A DNA stretch of 63,097 nt, the filler included, from Chiloscyllium plagiosum (Eukaryota): the NCBI RefSeq assembly GCF_004010195.1. It is 4 parts of one record of this genome, joined end to end, with 100 filler letters (N's around TTAATTAATTAA, not from the genome) between each part and the next. Parts side by side here need not be neighbours in the genome. Positions count along the whole stretch, not along the records: positions 21,753 to 44,061 come from NC_057717.1; positions 44,162 to 57,378 come from NC_057717.1; 2 more parts are not named here. One strand, given 5' to 3'. This document shows positions 40,076 to 51,475 of this stretch, piece by piece (position 1 is the first letter of the stretch; every line of letters begins with the position of its first letter). The position numbers and the translations under genes are program-made. Below the pieces are notes generated by a model. It searched no databases. It had not been told where the DNA came from and saw nothing but the letters and a program-made list of their open reading frames with translations.

Positions 40076-40290
40076 GAGCAGAGAGTGTTCAGCAGGAGAA
40101 GATAAAAGGTAGGGAGGAGGGACTTGGAGGAGGGGCGTTGGAAATGTGATAGGTGGAAAGAGGTCAAGGTGAGGGTGATAGGTCGGAGTAGGATGGAGGC
40201 GGAGAGGTCAAGAAGAAGACTGCAGGCCAGGAAGGCGGTGCCGGGCTGGAAGGATCCCTTTTATCTTCTCCTGCTGAACACTCTCTGCTC

Positions 40291-40326
40291 ATTCCTGAAG
40301 AAGGGCCTGTGCCCGAAACGTCGAAT
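40291..40326 (+). ncRNA. Minimal type I hammerhead ribozyme motif
   Basis: AUUC-CUGAAGA-A-GGGC(CUGU)GCCC-GAAA-CG-UC^-GAAU: helix I AUUC/GAAU, intact core, palindromic ACGU helix III; predicted cleavage after C40322. Confidence 0.8.
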
Positions 40327-40442
40327 CTCCTGTTCCCTGGATGCTGCCTGACCTGCTGTGCTGTTCCAGCAATAAAGTTTCAACTTTGATAGGACCCACC
40401 CTCTCCTTTTTCAACATGATGTAGAGGTGCTAGTATTGATGT

Positions 40443-40530
40443 TACCTGACGAAAGAACAGTGCTCCAAAAGCTTGTGATTTGAAATGTACCTGTTGGACT
40501 AAAACCTGATGTCATGTGACTTCTGACCTT
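40443..40530 (+). mobile_element. Second Penelope-type terminus with a degenerate hammerhead motif
   Basis: TAC-CTGACGA-A-AGAACAGTGCTCC-AAAA-GCTT-GTG: the CUGANGA core is present, GAAA is mutated and the AGCU palindrome is retained. Confidence 0.55.
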
Positions 40531-42184
40531 TTTCTGGATATTGCGCTAATGCTAATGATGCTTAGTAGACCTGCGGTGAAAAGCGGTTTCCACACAGGTT
40601 TCTCTACAAGGGACAGCTGGTATGGCACAGTCTAACTATATGGAGTGACGTTGTGACCAGACCCATTCTTAGGATCACAAGGGACACCAGAATGTCAGGC
40701 AGCATCTAGGGAACAGGAGAATCGACGTTTCNNNNNNNNNNNNNNNNNNNNNNNNNNNNNNNNNNNNNNNNNNNNNNNNNNNNNNNNNNNNNNNNNNNNN
40801 NNNNNNNNNNNNNNNNNNNNNNNNNNNNNNNNNNNNNNNNNNNNNNNNNNNNNNNNNNNNNNNNNNNNNNNNNNNNNNNNNNNNNNNNNNNNNNNNNNNN
40901 NNNNNNNNNNNNNNNNNNNNNNNNNNNNNNNNNNNNNNNNNNNNNNNNNNNNNNNNNNNNNNNNNNNNNNNNNNNNNNNNNNNNNNNNNNNNNNNNNNNN
41001 NNNNGTTGATGCAGTGAGTGTGAGGGGGTCGGGGTGATGTCGATGGAGTGTGTTTGAAGAGGCCAGGATGGTGGCCAAAGAGTTACTGTGTGGAGCTAAG
41101 GGTGGACGCGGTGGAGTGAGTGTGAGGGCGTCAGTGTGATGTTGATGGAGTGAATGTGAGGACTTCAGGGTGATTGTGACAGAGTTAGTGTCATTGGGAC
41201 ATTTTGACGGAGATGGAGTGAGTGTGAGGGGGTCAGGGTGACGGTCATGCAGTGAGCTTGAGGGGTATCAAGATGAGTTTGTAAAAATGGGGTCAACGTG
41301 ACGCTGACGTCGTGAGCAGGAATGGTTCGGGGTGACATGATAGAATGACTATGCAGAGGTCGGGGTGCCGATGTCAGAGTGAGTGTGAGGATATCACGGT
41401 TATGGTGATGGAGTGACAATGAGGCTCTCAGAGTGACAGTGACAGTGTGAATGTGATGGGGTCCAAGACGCAGTGATATAGTGAATGTGACAGGCTCAGA
41501 ATGATGGTGATAGAGTGAGAATGAGATGTTTGGGGTTCCCGTGACGGAGTGAGATTGAGGTGTTCAGGATAACTGTGACGTGGTGAAATTGAGAGGTCAG
41601 CGTACCGGTGAAAAGCTGAGTATGAAGGAGTCAGGGTGGCAGTTAGGGAATGCGTGTGAGTTTGACAGTGTGTCTGTGATGGAGGGAGTGTTACGTGGTC
41701 ATGGTGGTAGCGATTGCGTGAGTGTGAGAGCGTCAGGATCATGAAGATTGAATAAGTGCGAAGGGGTCAGGGTGACGGTGACGTAGAGAGTGTGAGGGCG
41801 TAAAGGTGATGGTTACAGAGGGAGTGTGGGAGATTCAGTGTACGAGTGAGGACGTGAGTGTTAAGTGGTCAGTGTAATGCTGACTGAGTGGTAGACAGGT
41901 GTCAGGCTGACGGTGACAGAGTGGGTGTGAGGGGATCAAGGTGAAAGAGTTGGTGTGAGTGTGAGGTGGTCATTGTGAGGGTTATCGAGAAATTGTGAGG
42001 GGAAGCATGTTGACGTTGACTAAGTGATTATAAGGGGACGGAATGATTCTGAACAAATCACGGGATGGAGGCGGACTTCGTGCAGAATATCAGTGAGATA
42101 GTGAGCGATTGAGCTTGAGGGGGCCAGGGTGAAAGAGACAGACATTGTGAGTCGTTCAAGGAGATTATGCCTACGTGAGTGCGA

Positions 42185-42421
42185 CAGGTCTTTTCCCCAC
42201 TCTCTGTCTATGTCATTAGTACCAATGTGTACCACGAGTTCCAGCTGCTCTTCTTTCCCCTTAAAAATTCTGTCCACTTGATCCGAGACTCTGCACCCGC
42301 AAGACAACACAACATCCAGAATTCTCGCTCGTGACCAAAGAAACACTTGTCCCTCTCATGATTGAATCACCTATCACTATCGCTGTCTTATTCTCCGACT
42401 TTTCTTCTGAACCACAGAGCC
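42185..42421 (-). mobile_element. CR1 ORF1 SGNH-esterase fragment
   Basis: AIVIGDSIMRGT and RVSDQVDRIFKGKEEQLELVVHIGTNDI motifs. Confidence 0.85.
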
Positions 42422-43139
42422 NNNNNNNNNNNNNNNNNNNNNNNNNNNNNNNNNNNNNNNNNNNNNNNNNNNNNNNNNNNNNNNNNNNNNNNNNNNNNNN
42501 NNNNNNNNNNNNNNNNNNNNNNNNNNNNNNNNNNNNNNNNNNNNNNNNNNNNNNNNNNNNNNNNNNNNNNNNNNNNNNNNNNNNNNNNNNNNNNNNNNNN
42601 NNNNNNNNNNNNNNNNNNNNNNNNNNNNNNNNNNNNNNNNNNNNNNNNNNNNNNNNNNNNNNNNNNNNNNNNNNNNNNNNNNNNNNNNNNNNNNNNNNNN
42701 NNNNNNNNNNNNNNNNNNNNNNNNNNNNNNNNNNNNNNNNNNNNNNNNNNNNNNNNNNNNNNNNNNNNNNNNNNNNNNNNNNNNNNNNNNNNNNNNNNNN
42801 NNNNNNNNNNNNNNNNNNNNNNNNNNNNNNNNNNNNNNNNNNNNNNNNNNNNNNNNNNNNNNNNNNNNNNNNNNNNNNNNNNNNNNNNNNNNNNNNNNNN
42901 NNNNNNNNNNNNNNNNNNNNNCTTGAATAAAATAATACCATGATGGACCATTCACAGAATCAGTGTTTCAAACCTAATAGCAGATGAAATGAATGATTTT
43001 CACAAGGTTCTTCTGAGGTAGGAAGCTACCAAACAAGTCTGTGTGGCAGCTACACCCTGCAGCTATTTATTGTTAGAATCTACAGCTTTGTAAAGTTGAC
43101 ATTGTGGCTTTAGCCAAGACATATAATTGTTCTGATGCA

Positions 43140-44061
43140 ATTAGCCAAGTTTTAGGATACACGGGATGGGGAAGGAAACTCCAGGGGATGGCCACAATTG
43201 AAATGTGGAGCTTATTCAAGGAACAACTACTGTGTATTCTTGATATTTGTGTACCTGTCAGGCAGGGAGGAAGTGGTCGAGCGAAGGAGCCGTGCATTTC
43301 TAAAGAAGTTGAATCTCTTGTCAAGAGGAAGAAGAAGGCTTATGTTTGCATGAGAGGTGAAGGCTCAGTTCGAGCGCTTGCGAGTTGTAAACTAGCCAGG
43401 GAAAAGACAAAGACAGTGCTATGAAGAGCCAGGAGGGGACATGAGAAGTCATTAGCAGATACGATCAATGAAAAGCTTAAAGCTTCCTCTAGGTATATCA
43501 GAATTGTTTTTAAAAAATACTTGAGAAGGATTAGGGCCAACCAATGAAAGCAGGGACAAGTTCTGCCTTGAGTTCGAGGAGATAGGGAAAGCGCTAAATG
43601 AATATTTTTCGTCATTATTTACAATGGGAAAGGACAATGTTGTCGAGAAGAATGCTGAGATACAGGCGAATAGAGTAGAGAGTGTTGAGGTTCACCAGGA
43701 GGAGGTGTTAGCAATTCTGGGAAGTGTGAAAATAGATAAATTCTCTGGGCCGGATAGGCTTTATCTTCAGATTCTCTAGGAAACCAGACAGGATATTGCC
43801 GATCATTTGGCTTTGATCTTTATGTCGTAATTGCCTACCGGAAAAGTGTCAGAAAACTGGAGAATGGCAAATGATGTCCTCTTGTTCAAGAAGGCGAGTG
43901 GAGGAAATTCTGATAATCATCGACGAGTGAGCCTTACTTCGGTTGTGGTAAAAGCGCTGGAAAATATTATCAGGCATGGTCTTTATAATCATGAAGAGCG
44001 GAATAAGTTGATTAGGGATAGTCAATGCGTTTTTGTGAAGGTTAGGTCATGATTCACAAAA
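43140..44061 (+). mobile_element. CR1 LINE ORF2 fragment (endonuclease-RT linker into RT)
   Basis: KIDKFSGPD and TGKVSENWRMANDVLLFKK...NHRRVSLTSVVVKALE...IRDSQCVFVKVRS. Confidence 0.9.
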
Positions 44062-44161
44062 NNNNNNNNNNNNNNNNNNNNNNNNNNNNNNNNNNNNNNN
44101 NNNNNTTAATTAATTAANNNNNNNNNNNNNNNNNNNNNNNNNNNNNNNNNNNNNNNNNNNN
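44062..44161. other. Artificial spacer N44-TTAATTAATTAA-N44
   Basis: Same 100-bp structure as 21653-21752. Confidence 0.95.
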
Positions 44162-45162
44162 ACAAGGTGGGGGGAGGGGAAATGAAGAAACTGGTGAAGT
44201 CCATGTTCATCCCCTGTGGTTGGAGGGTTCCCAGTCGGAAGATAAGATGCTCCTCCTCCGACCGTCGGGTTGTTGTGGTTTGGCGGTGGATGAGTCCAAT
44301 GACCTGCATATCCTCGGTGGAGTGGGAGGGGGAGTTGAAATGCTGTGCCACAGGTTGGTTGGGTTGGTTCGTCCGGGTGGCCCAGAGGTGCTCCCTGAAT
44401 CGCTCCGCAAGTAGGCGGCCTGTCTCCCCAATATAGAGGAGGCCACACCGGCTGCAGTAGATGATGTGGGTGGAGGTGCAGGTGAATCTGTGGCGGATAT
44501 GGGAGTTTCCTTTTGGGCCTTGGAGAGGAGTGAGGGGGGAGGTGTGGGCGCAAGTGTTGCACCTCCTGCGGTTGCAAGGGAAGGTGCCGGGAGTGGTGGT
44601 TGGGTCGGTGGGGGGTGTGGATCTGACAAGGGAGTCGCGGAGGGAGTGGTCTCTACGGACAGCTGATAGGGGAGGGGAGGGAAATATATCCTTGGTGCTG
44701 GGTCTGTTTGGAGGTGGCGGAAGTGACGGCGGATGATGCGCTGTACATGGAGATTGGTGGGGTGGTAGGTGAGGACCAGTGGGGTTCTGTCCTGGTGGCG
44801 GTTGGAGGGGCGGGGCTCAAGGGCGGAGGAGCGGGAAGTGGAGGAGATGCGGTGGAGGGCACCGTCGACCACGTCGGGGGGGAAATTGCGGTCCTTGAAG
44901 AAGGAGGCCATCTGTGTTGTACGTATTTTGAACTGGTCCTCCTGGGAGCAGATGCGGTGGAGACGAAGGAATTGGGAGAATGGGATGGCGTTTTTACAGG
45001 GGGCAGGATGGGAGGAGGTGTAGTCCAGGTAGCTGCGGGAGTCGGTTGGTTTGTAGAAGATGTCCGTGTTGATTCGGTCGCCTGAGATAGAAACAGAAAG
45101 GTCTAGGAAGGGGAGGGAGGAGTCCGAGACTGTCCAGGTGAATTTGAGGTCCGGGTGGAAGG
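44162..45162 (-). mobile_element. Young 5'-truncated Penelope-like element (RT C-terminus + GIY-YIG endonuclease)
   Basis: FHPDLKFTWTVSDSSLPFLDLSV...FYKPTDSRSYLDYTSSHP..CKNAIPFSQFLRLHRICS; the endonuclease region reads LYIGETGR...VAQHFNSPSHS...LIFRLGTLQPQGMN; few frameshifts. Confidence 0.95.
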
Positions 45163-45549
45163 TATTTCCAGGTGAACCTCCTGTGTAGGTTAGTTGCATT
45201 AGTTAGGGGTAAATATAGGGTACAGTGCATTTGGGTGGTTGTCTCGCCTGGAAGGGCGGCTGGGCCAAAGGGGCCTTCCAAACAGTCGGGATTCTATGAA
45301 CGGCCTACATTTCCCGATGTTTCTGTGCAGTCTGCGGGAAAGTTCTGCAAATGTTGCCACGAGCTCTCAGATGTAAGGAAGGAGCCCTCCAGGGTCAATA
45401 CCGAATTCAACAATTTTAGGGCCGTAACTCTCCTATGTCCTACATCCTTACCCCACAGACCAGGCCTTGCTATCACATACACCTGTTCACACTTCCCGGA
45501 ATTTCTAACACTTCCTCCTTGTGAAACTGGATCCCATCTGGTCCAGTAG

Positions 45550-46440
45550 CCTGTTTCTCAGTAATCTCCACGACAACATTGCCTTTTTCCATTGTGAATA
45601 CTGACGAAAATATTCATTTAGCGCTTCCCCGATCTCCTCTGAATACTGTACTTGATTGGCCCTAACCATACTCGAGTCATTTTATTTTAAATTTCTTATA
45701 TACCTATGAAAAGCTTTAGGATTTTCCCTGATACGATCCACCAACAACTTTTCATGTACTCTCGTCGCTCGTCTCAGCATCACGGATGAAGACATGTAAT
45801 GACAAACCTGGAAGACCTACTAAACCCGGTTCTTCATCTGTTTATTCTTATATAGATGGCTCTTTGAGTTTTAAGCGGCCCTGTCGTCTCTCTCGGTAGT
45901 CTTTTACCATTAACATACTTGTGGAATCTCTTTTAATTCTCCTTTCCATTCAGTCAAAGCTATCTCAAGTCATCTTCTCGCGCTCCTAATCTGACACAAA
46001 ATTATACTCTGACAACATCCGTACTCCAAGGAATTCACTGACCCCAGTTGTCTATACCTGACGTATGCCTCCTTCGTTTCTTTTGTCCATAATCTCAACA
46101 TTCCAGATAACCAGTGGTTCGTATTCCAGTCAGTATTATCTTGCACATTAACAGGAACATGCCGTCCCTGACCTCTCACTATCTTGTTTTTTTTTTAAAT
46201 CCTCCTAGTTCCCAGCCGTCCCTTTCCCCGCAAAACTTCTCCTCAGTCAAATTTTGGCAGTTTCTCCTAATACCATCAATATCGACCTTGTGCCAACTCA
46301 GAACTCAAACATGTGGACGAGAATATCATTTTACTTAACTATTTTAAAACTAATAGAATTAAGATCACTGTTCACAAAGTTCCCCATTGAACACCTCACT
46401 CACCTGCCCTGCCTTATTTCCCAAAACAAGTGCATTTGAC
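45550..46440 (-). mobile_element. Degenerate CR1 ORF2 fragments
   Basis: 45590-45760 is the reverse complement of sequence similar to 43430-43650; KEAYVRYRQLGS motif in ORF 45970..46179. Confidence 0.65.
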
Positions 46441-47649
46441 TCCCGGACGAATGGCCTACTCCTCTGTCTTAGCTACTCATTTTATTTCATTGAAAATTTA
46501 CTTTTTATTATTTTCCTCAAAATTCTGTTAAGAAATGTTGCAGTCAGAGAGATCGGTGGATTTTGCGACCTATCACTGTATCGATAGTGAATCTGTGTCT
46601 ATAATATGGCCAATAGATGAAGCTCAAGTTACACAGAGGGAAATATCTGGAAAAAGAAAGGAGAGGGGTCTTTTGTACCCATACTCTGCTTTTCACGAGA
46701 ATTGTCCAACTCATACCAAGCGGTTTTGGAGAGAATTAATGGATAAAATGTCTGCTCGATTGCTATGCACCAGGTACAGGCAGCAAGTAGTCACCAGCTA
46801 CTCTTTTCTAGCAGATTTATGGGGCTGAATGGAACATAGGGCCAAAGGGCGAAGGAGCAAAAATTCTTTGACCGTGTTCCAACAGAAACTAAGATTGTGC
46901 CTAAACTTGTTGTAGTCTCTGTCAAACATTCCTGTCTGTACGCTATTACACACCGATACAGATACACAGGCACGCACCTGTACAGAGTGTCAATGTCAAT
47001 GAACCTTTTCCAAATAATAGCGAAACTCATGACAAAGGGTAATCAATGCGAGACGGCACAACTATTATCCTGCTTCTGGAAGTTAATCTGTTCAGACAAT
47101 CTGATGGCAATGAGAGTTCCTCCTGGACCAGGTGGATTTGGCCGAATTTCCTTTGTGTCAGCCAATGGGGAAATTCCAATGAATCATCGATAGGAATCCT
47201 CCATGAGTGGTAAAGATGAAAGAAGGGTTTTCAGTTTTCACACTTTATTGTGAGGAAGAATAGAGAACGAGAGATCGTGTAATGGACCATTCCTTCTCAG
47301 GCAAGTTACATCGCCTGTCTCTCTGAGCTGAAACATACAATAATGTAATCCAGCACTCAAAGCTGGACCACGTGAGGTCTCCAGACTGTATTACTCCAGC
47401 ACAGTTCTCTGACAAATGCAAGTGCATCATTGCTTCTGTTGCACCCAAAGCCTTTCCTTGAAACAGAAAATCTTCACTTTAAAATTGAAGACATGTTACT
47501 ATTTGTACATGTAGTTTTGAAAAAGAAACAAGTTGCTGATGTTACATTATATAGGTTTTGAAATGAATATACTGTATTCTTAAAAAGTGACTACCCAATT
47601 TTAATAACCTGTGCAAAAGAAGACATCCACTGATTATGTGCGTTTGGAG

Positions 47650-48490
47650 TCAGCATCAGGTAGCTGGGAGTACTCTGGGATGCCCTCATAAGTACGGGGT
47701 ACGATGCACAACTCTGACCATCAGTTCTGACGTGCCACAGCAAGGAACCGTAATGATATCCTCAGGAGACAGACATGTGCAACCGACATGGTACCCTTCT
47801 TTGTTCAGTACTGCCCAGGAGCTGAAAAAACCACGCCATGTTCTTCGTGACCTGCAACACATTATCAATGAGGATGAGATCATCGCCAAGACCTGCCCCA
47901 CATCTCCACTGATTGCTTTTAAACAACTGTCAAACCTCAAACAGATCATTGTTCGTAGCAATCTGCCCGACTTTCGGGATAACTCCATGCAACCCTGTCA
48001 CGGTAGGCGCTGCAAGACGTACTAGAGTGTGGACATGTATTCCACCAGTACACTTGGGGACACCTCCCACCATGTATGTGGCCGGTTCTCATGTGACTCA
48101 GCCAACGTTGTCGATCTTATATGTTGCAGGCAGGGATGTCCTGAGGCAGTGTTCACTGGGGAAACTGAGCAAAGGCTACGGCAATGGATGAATCAGTCTA
48201 AACATGATGGCACAGATAGAGTACACAGGGGCTGACATCTTCAACAAATTGTCAATCTAACACCAATTGTTACAGTTAGCCTGAGAATGCAATTATACAA
48301 AAAGGTTTCATGAGTTACACATAATGAGAAGTGAAACTATCGTGGTATTCGAACAAAGGAAAAATTCAAGAAACAATCAAGGTATGTTTCAATTTATAAT
48401 TTCAGTTACATCACATTGTAAACTTTTGTCATAAATTCTGAGTCTTACAATTGTATCCTCCACAACCACCTGATGAAGAATCAGCATCCC
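47650..48490 (+). mobile_element. Penelope-like element 3' part (GIY-YIG) ending in a truncated hammerhead-like terminus
   Basis: LRDLQHIINEDE..PLIAFKQLSNLKQIIVRS...PCHGRRCKT and FSCDSANVVDLICCRQGCPEAVFTGETEQRLRQWMN; CAC-CTGATGA-A at 48468-48478. Confidence 0.85.
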
Positions 48491-48829
48491 GGATGAGGCA
48501 CTTCAGTATATCCGGATTTCAGTTGTTCCGAGTGAAATGTGACTCCTGTGCAATTTCAATAGATGCAGATACCAAACCTGGAAGAATTATAAAGTTTGCG
48601 TTGGATAGTGTGGAACAACAACAGATCAGTGACAAGTTGATGTGGAGTTCAAGTGTATGGTAGATGAGGATCAATGCAGCGCAGTGTGAAGGGACACACT
48701 GGTGTAAGAATAACATTGAAAGACTATATAAAACAGGCTGTACCCTTACAAAGTGGATGCAGGAACCGAGTGTTCAGTGTGTATATGAGCACCGATTATT
48801 GAAGATGTCAGGACAAATGGGCTGCATTT

Positions 48830-49130
48830 GCATTGGTGATTAGCAATGCTGTCTTTCAATGATAGGGACACGGGTTCGATTCCAGCCTTGGCCGACTGTC
48901 TGTGTGGCGTTGGCACTTCCTCCCAGTATTTGCGTGTGTTTCTTCCCACAATCCAAAGATGCGCAGGTTATGGGAATTAGTCATGTTAAATTGCCATAGT
49001 GTTCAAGGGTGAGTTGCTTATGAGCATGAAGGATACAATGCAAATTAACGGAGAATGATTCGATGGGGTACTGTTTGGAGTGTCTGCTGCTACTTGTTCT
49101 ACAGAAGGGATTGTTTCCACACTGTAGGGA
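48830..49130 (+). mobile_element. Old HE1-type V-SINE
   Basis: GGGTTCGATTCC B-box, CGACTGTCTGTGTGG, CCCACAATCCAAAGATGCGCAGGTTA and TGTTTCCACACTGTA are colinear with 6407-6715. Confidence 0.8.
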
Positions 49131-49199
49131 TACAATGAAAAGTGGGGAGGGCAATATATATCACAGATTAGTTTCAGTGTCTGAGTAATTTACAGAAGG

Positions 49200-50325
49200 A
49201 GTTGTGGGAGGGAAACTCGGTGCTCCCTTTCTCAGAGTTGGAGGAGATGCTTAGCTGTGATGCCATCCTCTTGCCCAGAGAAACCGAAGATATTCCATTC
49301 GTGCAGTGTCAACTCAAAAGTGAAATGGCATTAGGGCCATTGCTTCTAATTTGTGCTGGGGGAAACAGTGTTGAACGTGCTTTAAAAGTGAGAATTACTC
49401 TTTACTCAGTTGGTGGAACGTTGACGCTTCAGAATCACACACGAGACGTCCCGGGCCTCTATGGCTCATAACATAGTCCATCCTACATGGCCGGAAGGAA
49501 GAGGATTGTGTGAACGGATAATGGGCACCTCTTCACCGAGTTTGGCCCTTTCTGTCCTATTACAGAAATTGTCTCCTGGAATGGAAGAAAGAGAGAGCGA
49601 GTGAGTGGGTGACCTTGCTGTTGGTGCTGGTGTAGGTTGGTGATTCGATACAAATGCTGAGCTGTCTTAATGGAGACAGTCCACAATGTTTTGTTCAGGC
49701 AGCGTTATTATTGAGGGTGCTATAGTGCAGGCAGAACAGAAATGGAGAGGAGGATCTGCATGCAACAATGAGACTTTTATGTGTTGTCAACCTTTTACAG
49801 TAAGTGTGAGGCGGCACAGAGAATACGGTGACATTGTCCTGGCAGGGTGAGGACAATTATTGATGTATGTCCTTTACTGCTGGGCTTCCTTCAGTTTGAA
49901 GATACTGCACTGAGCTGAGTGTGACCTCAGATCATGCTCGGTGGGTCTGTTGGTGTGGGCCGGTCTGGAAAGGGAATACTCTCCTCTATAATCGAGCATC
50001 CATCAGGTGCTCCATCACTCTCTTAAAAAAATTGTGGCATAATTACCCCTTCTCTGACATTCTCAGGATTAGCTGTGCAGGACAGCTCTGAACTGCGAAA
50101 GCTCAAGAGCATCTGTATTGGCCTTTTAAATGTGGTACCATTGCTGGGGATCATGGAATATCCGTGACATCTGGACGATGGTGAGTACCTCGACCGTGAT
50201 GGGTGGGCGAATCTGGCTGACATTGAATGGGCTGAAGTCCATGATGGGAGTGGTGGTGTGGGCAGGCAGTTATTGAGGTGAGTTCGATAAGGTAGCACCA
50301 GGAAACTAGCTCGGCCTCTTGCAGA
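49200..50325 (-). mobile_element. PIF/Harbinger relic: Myb/SANT-like DNA-binding gene region (pseudogenised)
   Basis: The minus strand 49835-50020 gives MEHLMDARL*RRVFP, PHQQTHRA*SEV and EAQQ*RTYINNCPHPAR, resembling Harbinger Myb/SANT ORFs; homologous (inverted) to 60620-61900. Confidence 0.55.
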
Positions 50326-50859
50326 AGATCCTTGAGTCACACTTAATGATATAAAGACTGAGAGAAATTAATGTTAGATTCAGTTCAATGAGGCGAAGAC
50401 TCTGCTGTACCCATTCCCACTTACAAAGCTGTAGCTGCTTGTCCAATACTCTCCAGCACAGTGAAGGAGCTAAACTTGACTTACACTTCGAAAATAAGGC
50501 AGGGCAGGTAACTGAAATCTTAGTGGGCGCGGGGGCACTTTGGGGCAAGCATTCTTAAATATATTATTTTTAAAATAGAGATATAGAAGTTAAAGCTCTG
50601 AATAGTAGGCAGGCCAATTTTGATGACAAGGGTTAAGAAATTTCAAAAGTCGATTCGGACAAATATTCACAGATAATGGTCCAGCTGAGAAGTAGTGAAC
50701 CTTCAAAAAAGAGATGATGAGAGCATAGAGACAGTATGTTCTTGTTAGGGTGAAGAGCAGAACTGGTAGGTGTAAGGAATGCTGTATATCTCGACAAACT
50801 GAACGTCTGGTAACGGGGAAGAGGAAAGCATATGGCAAGTATAGACAGCAAGAATCGAG

Positions 50860-51090
50860 ACTTTTTTCTTCATCCATTGACAGGATGAATGTGTCACCGG
50901 CTCGGCCTGCATTTATCGCCCATCACTAATTGCAAGAGTCAACCACATTGCTGTGGGTCTTGACTCAAATGTAGCCCAGACGAGGTAAGGATTGCCATCT
51001 TGTTACCGAATGAACATGAGTGAAGCACATGGGTTGTTCTGAAAACTGAATATGGTCTGAAGATCGTCGTTAGATACTTAATTGCAGATT
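50860..51090 (-). mobile_element. SINE fragment sharing a 3' tail with the LINE at 25295
   Basis: GAGTCAACCACATTGCTGTGGGTCT...GTAGCCCAGAC.AGGTAAGGA is recognised from recall as a common elasmobranch SINE core; it interrupts the CR1. Confidence 0.55.
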
Positions 51091-51301
51091 GGAACGATAT
51101 AGGTGTATACTTAAGAGGGGAATAGGGAGGGAGAAAAATGCACGTGAGATAGTTTTGGCAAATAGGGTTATGGATAATGCAAAAGGACTCCAAAAATATT
51201 TTAACCACTAAGGAGTAAATAGGGAAAGAATAGGGTCTCTTTCAGATCAGCAATTGCGTCAATTATTACAACTGCTGGAAATGGGGGAGGTACTAAACGA
51301 G

Positions 51302-51475
51302 GCAGAAATGTTTACTGCAGATGCTGGGGATCAGGGTCAAGATTAGAGTAGTTCTGGAAAAGCACAGCAGGTCAGCCAGCACCCGAGGAGCAGGATAATC
51401 GACGTTTTTTTTCCCTGCTCCTCAGATGCTGCGTGACCTGTTTTGCTTTTCTATCAGCACTCTAATCTTGGGACT
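51302..51475. mobile_element. Short Penelope-terminus hairpin element
   Basis: Inverted arms AAGATTAGAGT...GAGGAGCAGG / CCTGCTCCTC...ACTCTAATCTT; flanked by imperfect 15-bp direct repeats. Confidence 0.85.

Larger units (their letters stand above)
39982..40384. mobile_element. Young Penelope-derived element with perfect 128-bp inverted arms (39982-40109 / 40257-40384)
   Basis: The arms are exact reverse complements (GTTGAAACTTTATT...GATAAAAGG / CCTTTTATC...AATAAAGTTTCAAC). Confidence 0.92.
36097..42185. repeat. Degenerate 34-bp G/T-rich tandem satellite (consensus ~GATGGAGTGAGTGTGAGGGGGTCAGGGTGACGGT)
   Basis: Motif recurs throughout; a period of 34 is measured at 41213/41247; interrupted by Penelope termini (39982-40731) and a gap. 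Confidence 0.9.

Noticed and set aside
36360..41742. His/Ser/Thr/Leu/Pro-rich minus-strand ORFs resembling mucin-like proteins
   Set aside because: Translations of the 34-bp satellite; the period is not a multiple of 3 and the frames are frequently broken.
36097..42185. CRISPR-like or immunoglobulin switch-like array
   Set aside because: No constant repeat with unique spacers, no cas or Ig genes nearby, and a eukaryotic context.
22872..44577. Long ORFs containing X runs (22872-23596, 40695-41078, 42261-42955, 44106-44577)
   Set aside because: Artefacts of translating through N gaps.
47245..47448. Possible C-type lectin terminal exon (ENCAGVIQSGDLTWSSFEC) on the minus strand
   Set aside because: Lacks WND and the final conserved Cys, and no other lectin exons were found; the similarity is too weak.
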